This document shows positions 58,092-64,000 of a stretch of DNA of 64,000 bases, in pieces. Origin of the DNA: an uncultured Gemmatimonadales bacterium. Lineage in GTDB: Bacteria; Gemmatimonadota; Gemmatimonadetes; Longimicrobiales; RSA9. The position numbers and the translations under genes were made by a program. A model generated the notes under the pieces. It was given only the letters and a program-made list of their open reading frames with translations. It was not told the DNA's origin and did not search any database. The DNA is taken from NCBI GenBank assembly GCA_963741945.1, contig CAVUKA010000004.1:192001-256000 (forward strand), read 5' to 3'. How positions within the stretch are numbered: position 1 is the stretch's first letter; each line of letters starts with the position of its first letter.

Positions 58092-59279
58092 ATGAGTCTC
58101 TTTGACAAATGCTACGGCTTTACCCAGGCCCACGAGGTACAGGCGGCCGGGTACTACCCGTACTTCAGGGCGATCCAGGAGTCGTTCGACACGGAAGTGA
58201 TCGTCGAGGGCGAGCGGAAGGTGATGGTCGGGTCGAACAACTATCTCGGCCTGACCCACCATCCGAAGGTGGTGCAAGCAGCCGCGGATGCACTCCGGCG
58301 CTACGGGACCGGCTGCACGGGAAGCCGTTTCCTGAATGGCACGCTCGACCTCCATGAACAGCTGGAAGCGGAGCTGGCGGAGTTCCTGAACAAGGAAGCC
58401 GCACTCGTCTTCAGCACCGGGTTCCAGACGAACCTCGGCGCAATCGCCGCGCTGGCGGGCCGTAACGACTTCATCATCTCGGACAAGCTGAACCACGCGA
58501 GCATCGTCGATGCCTCGCGGCTCTCGTATGCGGGCATCCAGCGGTACGCCCACAACGACATGGCGGCGCTGGAGCGGATTCTCCGCAAGCTGCCGGAGGA
58601 CGCGGGCAAGCTCATCATCACCGACGGCATCTTCTCCATGGAGGGTGATATCGCGGACCTGCCGGCCATCACCTCGCTGGCGGAGGTCCACGGTGCCAAG
58701 GTGCTGGTCGATGACGCGCACGCTTTTGGCGTGCTCGGCCGCAGGGGAGCCGGGACGGCCGAGCACTACGGGCTCGAAGACGAAGTGGACCTGGTCGTCA
58801 CGACGTTCTCCAAATCGCTGGCGTCCATCGGCGGCGTGGTCGCGGGCCCCGAGCCCGTGATCCACTACCTCAAGCACCACGCCCGACCACTGATCTTCAG
58901 CGCGAGCATGCCTCCGTCGGCGGTGGCCACGGTCCTGTCGGCCCTCGATGTCCTCCGCACCGAGCCGGAGCGCATCGAAGCCCTGTGGCGGAACACCCGC
59001 AAGATGCAGAAGGGGCTGAAAGATCTCGGCTACGACATCGGGATGAGCGAGACGCCGATCATCCCCGTGGTCATCGGCGGACTGGAGCGCATGCTCATGT
59101 TCTGGCGGGAGATCTTCGATGCCGGCGTGTTCACCAACCCGGTGACGCCGCCGGCTGTGCCGGAGAACTCGTGTCGCCTGCGCATCTCACTGATGGCCAC
59201 GCACACGGACGAGCACATCGAAAGGGTCCTCGAGGCGTTCGCGCACGTGGGGCGTCAGATGTCCGTGATCCAGCCGTGA
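58092..59279 (+). CDS. spt: serine palmitoyltransferase-like alpha-oxoamine synthase
   Basis: GYYPYFR, GSNNYLG, GSRFLNGT, NHAS, DDAH, TFSKS, IFSAS. Confidence 0.78.
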   Translation: MSLFDKCYGFTQAHEVQAAGYYPYFRAIQESFDTEVIVEGERKVMVGSNNYLGLTHHPKVVQAAADALRRYGTGCTGSRFLNGTLDLHEQLEAELAEFLNKEAALVFSTGFQTNLGAIAALAGRNDFIISDKLNHASIVDASRLSYAGIQRYAHNDMAALERILRKLPEDAGKLIITDGIFSMEGDIADLPAITSLAEVHGAKVLVDDAHAFGVLGRRGAGTAEHYGLEDEVDLVVTTFSKSLASIGGVVAGPEPVIHYLKHHARPLIFSASMPPSAVATVLSALDVLRTEPERIEALWRNTRKMQKGLKDLGYDIGMSETPIIPVVIGGLERMLMFWREIFDAGVFTNPVTPPAVPENSCRLRISLMATHTDEHIERVLEAFAHVGRQMSVIQP

Positions 59280-60421
59280 GCCCGACCACCGGGGGCGCCA
59301 CGCTGGTCACACCCGCCCGGGACCGGGCGAGTCGCGAGCGGTTCATCCGGTTCCCGTGGAAGATCTATGCGGATGACCCCGCGTGGGTCCCGCCGCTCCT
59401 GGCGGACGCACGCAAGCTGCTGGATCCGGCCCACCCGTTCCACCAACACGCCGACTCGGAGTTCTACCTGGCGCTGCGCGATGGCGAGGTCGTGGGGCGC
59501 ATCGCGGCCGTGGTCAACCACGTCTACAACGACTTCCACGAGACGAAGACGGGGTTCGTCGGGCTCTTCGAGTCCATCGATGATGACGGGGTGGCCGGGA
59601 GTCTCCTGGAGACCGCCGCGGACTGGCTGGCGGAGCAGGGCATGACGGAAGCGATCGGCCCGTTCAATCTCTCCACCAACGACGAGCTCTACTCCCCCGG
59701 GATCCTCCTCGACGGGTTCGACCGGCCGCCGGTCCTCCTCATGGCACACAACCCGCCCTACTACCGGCGGCTGTTCGAGGCCGCCGGGTGGGAGAAGGCG
59801 CGGGACCTGCTCGCGTACTGGCTCGACGGAGAGGAGCCGCCGCCGCGGCTCGTCCGGGGCGTGGAGCGTCTGACCGGGAGCATCGAGGGACTCGAGATCC
59901 GGCAGCTGGAGCTGAAGAGGCTGGACCGCGAGGTCGAGCTCATCAAAGAGGTCTACAACAGCGCATGGCAGCGGAACTGGGGGTTCGCCCCCCTGACCGA
60001 TGCCGAGATCCAGCATCTGGCCAAGGACTTGAAGCCGATCGTCGATCCACGCTTCGCTCTCATCGCCGAAGTGAAGGGCGAGCCCGTTGGCTTCGCCCTG
60101 GCCCTGCCGGATTTCAATCAGGCCCTCCGGCATGTGAACGGCCGGCTCTTCCCCTTCGGCATCTTCAAGCTGCTCTGGTATCGCCGCCGGATCGATCGGC
60201 TTCGCGTGTTCACGCTCGGTCTCAAGCCCGAGTACCAGCGGCGCGGGATCGACGCCCTCTTCTATCTGCGCATTTACGAGAACGGCTTCGCCGCAGGCAT
60301 TCATCGCGCCGAGGCCTCGTGGATCCTCGAGGACAACTGGGGGATGAGGCGCGGCCTGGAGCGCATGGGGGCATACGTCTACAAGACCTACCGCGTTTTC
60401 GGCCGTCCCCTGCTGCCCTGA
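59276..60421 (+). CDS. tandem GNAT protein (candidate bacterial ceramide synthase bCerS)
   Basis: DPAWVPPL, VGRIAA, GP, HNPPYY, NWGFAP, SWILEDN, YKTYR; GTGA-coupled to spt. Confidence 0.75.
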   Translation: MSPTTGGATLVTPARDRASRERFIRFPWKIYADDPAWVPPLLADARKLLDPAHPFHQHADSEFYLALRDGEVVGRIAAVVNHVYNDFHETKTGFVGLFESIDDDGVAGSLLETAADWLAEQGMTEAIGPFNLSTNDELYSPGILLDGFDRPPVLLMAHNPPYYRRLFEAAGWEKARDLLAYWLDGEEPPPRLVRGVERLTGSIEGLEIRQLELKRLDREVELIKEVYNSAWQRNWGFAPLTDAEIQHLAKDLKPIVDPRFALIAEVKGEPVGFALALPDFNQALRHVNGRLFPFGIFKLLWYRRRIDRLRVFTLGLKPEYQRRGIDALFYLRIYENGFAAGIHRAEASWILEDNWGMRRGLERMGAYVYKTYRVFGRPLLP

Positions 60422-60463
60422 GTCCTCCATGGTGACGGCGCTCGCCACAACCACGCGGGGTCG

Positions 60464-61213
60464 ATGAAGCGCAGCACGATGGCGGTGATGACCGTCTCGA
60501 TGGCGGCACTGACGGTCCTCGTATGGCTCCTGCTTCCCGGCCTCGCGGGGCCCGCCCGCGCGTTCACCGCCGCCCTTCTCGTTCCGATCCCGGCCACGCT
60601 CGGGCTCCAGGCCTTCCTCCTGGATGAGCTTCCCGCCGAGGACGAGCGCGAGGCCGTCTACACCTCCTCCGCGGTTTCTGCCTGGGTGCTGGCGATTCTG
60701 GCCATGCTGGCCGCCCGCTTCAGCGGCTTCACCCGCGCCGGGCTCTGGCTCGTCCTCCCCGATGCCGGCACTTTCGCCATGGCCAGCGGGGCCACCTTCG
60801 CGGCCGGCGCCCTCATCATGATCGTGGCGCGCTGGCTTCGACTCCCGGACCCAGAAATCGTCACGTACCTCATCCCGCGCTCGGTGAGCGAGAAGATCGC
60901 CTTCGCGGGCCTGTCGATCTCCGCGGGCATCGCCGAAGAGCTCGTGTTCCGCAGTTTCCTCATCGCTGCGCTCGCCCGGGGCCTGGGGTCCGTGCCCGTG
61001 GCCGCGGGCGTCAGCATCGTGGTATTCGCCGTGGCGCACGCCTATCAGGGATGGCTGGGGATCCTGCAGATCCTGCTCCTCGGCGCCATTCTCACCGCAC
61101 CGCTCCTGATCACGGGCAGCGTGTATCCCGGCATGGCCGCGCACGCAGCTCTGGATATCACCGCCGGTCTGGTCCTGCCCCGTTGGCAGCGGCGGGGGCC
61201 AGGACGGGGCTGA
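60464..61213 (+). CDS. CPBP (CAAX) family intramembrane metalloprotease
   Basis: EELVFR, FAVAH, AAHAALD; multiple TMs. Confidence 0.9.
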   Translation: MKRSTMAVMTVSMAALTVLVWLLLPGLAGPARAFTAALLVPIPATLGLQAFLLDELPAEDEREAVYTSSAVSAWVLAILAMLAARFSGFTRAGLWLVLPDAGTFAMASGATFAAGALIMIVARWLRLPDPEIVTYLIPRSVSEKIAFAGLSISAGIAEELVFRSFLIAALARGLGSVPVAAGVSIVVFAVAHAYQGWLGILQILLLGAILTAPLLITGSVYPGMAAHAALDITAGLVLPRWQRRGPGRG

Positions 61214-61311
61214 CCCGCCGTTCGGGCGATGGCTCATCGCCGCATTCGAGGGGTATGGCCGCATCAGAACCAAGGCGGGGTTTGCCGACCGGCATTTGAG
61301 TTCGGGGAACC

Positions 61312-61327
61312 GGGAACGGCCATTGCA
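61312..61327 (+). promoter_or_regulatory. sigma54-like promoter
   Basis: gGGAACG-GCCA-TTGCA with GG-N10-GC spacing, ~60 bp upstream of ATG 61388. Confidence 0.4.
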
Positions 61328-61387
61328 CGTATTGCAGGGTGAGATGGGTGGGCATACGGGGGTGGGAGCCCGAATCGAGTCGAGAGC

Positions 61388-61804
61388 ATGATTCTACGGA
61401 TTTCGTTCGAGGAAGTGACGGCACTGAACTCAGCGGCCGAGCGGCTGCTGTCGTCGGATACGGGGGGTGGAGTGGTTGCGGCCCCGCCGGAGCTGCTGGC
61501 GGAGCTCGAGGCCCGGCTGCCGCTCACCGGCGACATCTCCGTCACCACGCTCGCGGAACAGATGCGGCTCGCTCGGGCCCTGGACGTCGTGCAGGATCAC
61601 CTGAAGCGACGGATGGACGCGCTCGTCATCGAGCAGTACGTGGGCTCGGACGACGCCGTGAACGCCTATTTCGACTATGCGTACGTGCTTTCGCTGCGCG
61701 CGAAGCTCAGGGCGATCGGCCGCGAGATGGAGCTGATGATCGAGCTCATGACGGGCGACGCGCCGACACAGGACGAGGCGGAGGACCTCACGTTCGCCGA
61801 TTGA
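61388..61804 (+). CDS. hypothetical acidic helical protein
   Basis: Strong host-like codon usage; fills the intergenic gap. Confidence 0.75.
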   Translation: MILRISFEEVTALNSAAERLLSSDTGGGVVAAPPELLAELEARLPLTGDISVTTLAEQMRLARALDVVQDHLKRRMDALVIEQYVGSDDAVNAYFDYAYVLSLRAKLRAIGREMELMIELMTGDAPTQDEAEDLTFAD

Positions 61805-61879
61805 CGCACGGCTCGGATGTGCGGAAAATGGGGCGGCCGGACCGAAGAGGCCCGGCCGCTCGTTCATCGAGGAGGATTT

Positions 61880-62620
61880 GTGGCCGACACTTCCTTTGAT
61901 GGGCCCGATCTCTCCGGCGAGACGGTGTTCATCACGGGTGCATCCCGGGGGCTGGGTGCCGCGCTGACGCTCGCATTCGCCCGCGCCGGCGCCCGCCTCG
62001 TCCTGTGCGCCCGTGGCGAGGAGGAGCTTGCTGCGGCCGCGAGTAACGCCCTGCGGATCGGTGCGGCGGTGGAGTGGCGGAGCGCGGACGTGACAGACGA
62101 GAGAGCGATCGCCGCACTGGTCCGGGCCGCAGCGGACCGGTTCGGGCCGGTCTCGGTCCTGGTGAACAACGCCTCGCGACTCGGCTCGCGAACTCCCCTG
62201 CGGGAGCAGGGGATCGACGAGTGGCGACGGACCGTTGATGTCAATCTCACCGGGGCCCTCATTCCGATCCAGGCGGTGCTGCCGGGCATGCGCGCCGCGG
62301 GCGGTGGCTCCATCATCAATGTCTCCTCGGGCGTCGGCGACGTGCCGAGGAAACGGTGGGGTGCCTACGCGGTGAGCAAGTGGGCTGTCGAGGGGCTCAG
62401 CCGCAATCTTGCGCTCGAAGAGGCGGACGCGGGCGTGCGCGTCAACATCGTGGACCCGGGCCGGCTTCGTACGCGGATGCGACGCGCCGCGTATCCGGCC
62501 GAGGACCCGCTCGACCCGGCGCCGCCGGAGTCCGCCACAGGCGTTTTCCTCTGGCTGGCGGCCCCGGCCTCGGCCGACACCTCCGGCCAGCGATTCCAGG
62601 CACTGGAGTGGCCCGGCTGA
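61880..62620 (+). CDS. SDR family oxidoreductase
   Basis: TGASRGLG, NNAS, YAVSK; GGAGGA RBS before GTG. Confidence 0.92.
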   Translation: MADTSFDGPDLSGETVFITGASRGLGAALTLAFARAGARLVLCARGEEELAAAASNALRIGAAVEWRSADVTDERAIAALVRAAADRFGPVSVLVNNASRLGSRTPLREQGIDEWRRTVDVNLTGALIPIQAVLPGMRAAGGGSIINVSSGVGDVPRKRWGAYAVSKWAVEGLSRNLALEEADAGVRVNIVDPGRLRTRMRRAAYPAEDPLDPAPPESATGVFLWLAAPASADTSGQRFQALEWPG

Positions 62621-62667
62621 GGCAGCGATCCGCCAACCGCACTCGAATCCCAACAGGAGACCGATCC

Positions 62668-62997
62668 ATGCGACGACTTCAGCTTCCGCTCCTCCTCGTC
62701 CTCGGCGTCGCGGTCAGCGCCTGCACGCGCGGTGTTACGCTCAATCCAGAGCCGGAGACGATTTACGCGGTCAACGTGACGAACGATCTTGCGGAGCCGA
62801 TGATCGTTTCCTTCGATGACGGCAGCGGCACGCGGCTGCTCGGGACGGTGGCCGCGGGCGGAACGGAGCGATTCGTGCTGGCGGGCGCAGCAAGCCAGAC
62901 CGTCTCGATCATTGCGAGAAACGAGGCCGACACGCGCACGGTCCGACGATCCGTGACCCTGGTACCCGGCGAAACCGTGGCAGTCCGGCTGAACTGA
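62668..62997 (+). CDS. small lipoprotein
   Basis: AGGAG RBS; MRR + hydrophobic stretch + VSAC lipobox; beta-rich domain. Confidence 0.8.
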   Translation: MRRLQLPLLLVLGVAVSACTRGVTLNPEPETIYAVNVTNDLAEPMIVSFDDGSGTRLLGTVAAGGTERFVLAGAASQTVSIIARNEADTRTVRRSVTLVPGETVAVRLN

Positions 62998-63062
62998 AGC
63001 GGTGCTGGACCGGCCACGGCGGCGTGCCCCCAGGGTCCGGGGCTCCGCTCCGGTGGCCGGCG

Positions 63063-64000
63063 TCAGTCGCCGAAAGAAATGCCGAGGTCGCGGGCCGTCT
63101 GCACGATGTCGGAGTCGGGCGGCACGACCTTGATCCGGGCTATGGCTTCCTCGAGCGGCACGGCCCGCACGTCCGGCGGATCCAGGGCGATCATGGTGCC
63201 GTACTTCTTTTGCTCCACGGCCCGGATCGCGGCTGCGCCGAACCGAAGAGCGATCAGGCGGTCATAGGCAATGGGTGAGCCGCCACGCTGCAGGTGGCCG
63301 AGGACCAGCGAGCGCGTCTCCTTCCCTGTCTCGGCGGCCACTTCCGCCGCCACACGCTCCGCCATGCCGCCATAGCGGGCAGCGCGGCCCGGTCGCGCTT
63401 CCTCGAGCAGAGCGGGCTCCCCTTTCGCCGGTCTGGCGCCTTCCGCCACGACGATGATCGAGAAGCGGCGGCCGGTCCGATCCCGCTCCCGGATCTTCTC
63501 GTAGACCCGCTCCATGCGGAACGGGATCTCCGGGATCAGGATCACGTCCGCCGTGGCGCTGACCCCCGCGTAGAGGGCGATCCATCCCGTGTTCCGGCCC
63601 ATGAGCTCGACCACCATGACGCGCTCGTGGCTCTCGGCCGTGGAATGGAGCTTGTCCAGTGCTTCCGATGCGGTCTGGACGGCGGTATGGAACCCGAACG
63701 TGACCTGGGTGGCGGAAAGGTCGTTGTCGATGGTCTTCGGCACGCCCACCACGGGCATCCCCTTCTTCGCGAGCCGGTTCGCTATGTGGAGCGATCCGTC
63801 GCCACCGATGGCGATCAGCGAATCGAAGCCGCGACTGCGGAACGACTCGATGATCTCGTCCGAGCGGTCCACCGTGGTCACCGTTCCGTCCTCGTGCTGC
63901 ACGGGCCATTCGAATGGATTGCCGCGGTTCGTCGTTCCCAGGATGGTCCCGCCCAGGTGAGTGATGCCCCGAACCGTCTCTGAATCCAGGCGGACGATCG
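63063..64000 (-). CDS. pfkA: 6-phosphofructokinase (5' end outside window)
   Basis: GGTILGT, IGGDGS, PKTIDND, MGR, LGHLQRGG. Confidence 0.95.
   Translation of the reverse strand, partial: IVRLDSETVRGITHLGGTILGTTNRGNPFEWPVQHEDGTVTTVDRSDEIIESFRSRGFDSLIAIGGDGSLHIANRLAKKGMPVVGVPKTIDNDLSATQVTFGFHTAVQTASEALDKLHSTAESHERVMVVELMGRNTGWIALYAGVSATADVILIPEIPFRMERVYEKIRERDRTGRRFSIIVVAEGARPAKGEPALLEEARPGRAARYGGMAERVAAEVAAETGKETRSLVLGHLQRGGSPIAYDRLIALRFGAAAIRAVEQKKYGTMIALDPPDVRAVPLEEAIARIKVVPPDSDIVQTARDLGISFGD

Noticed and set aside
58092-59279. bioF (biotin synthesis)
   Set aside because: No bio genes adjacent; N-terminal sequence and neighbours fit serine palmitoyltransferase better, though this is not proven.
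59255-61273. 672-aa minus-strand ORF and the many other long Arg/Pro/Gly-rich overlapping ORFs
   Set aside because: They overlap well-supported genes and lack domains; stop codons are rare in alternative frames at this GC content.
1-64000. CRISPR arrays, tRNA and rRNA genes
   Set aside because: By eye I found no regularly spaced repeats or cloverleaf/rRNA signatures; nearly all sequence is accounted for by CDS.

Overview
GC-rich bacterial chromosome segment. Gene content and style suggest Gemmatimonadota (Longimicrobiales-like); this is an inference, no database search was run. Bases ~1-4520 are a compositionally distinct, more AT-rich accessory block. It holds the end of a tiny hydrophobic peptide ORF, a multi-TM HD-GYP phosphodiesterase and a wHTH/BTAD-STAND ATPase-TPR regulator whose last ~80 codons switch abruptly to host-like composition, followed by a convergent AraC-type regulator. 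The rest is mostly housekeeping: cell-wall recycling and remodelling (AmgK-RapZ/MurU, L,D-transpeptidase, DacB, LdcA), ackA divergent from acuC-GNAT-histone-H1-like genes, ispH, a peptidase/N-succinylamino-acid racemase cluster interrupted by a diguanylate cyclase, a sufCBD-ferredoxin-sufSU operon with a Fur-like box, fadI, fdxA, pduO, a likely ceramide biosynthesis operon (cerR-spt-bcerS-like) and a partial pfkA. The best leads are (1) a candidate peptide-sensing c-di-GMP/STAND/AraC signalling cassette, (2) an unannotated minus-strand RNA with three tandem GGA-loop hairpins and a terminator (Csr/Rsm-like sponge), (3) an acetylation writer/eraser pair next to a histone-H1-like protein, and (4) the sphingolipid operon. 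I saw no tRNA, rRNA, CRISPR array, transposase or integrase. Start codons were often moved from the ORF track to the RBS-supported position.
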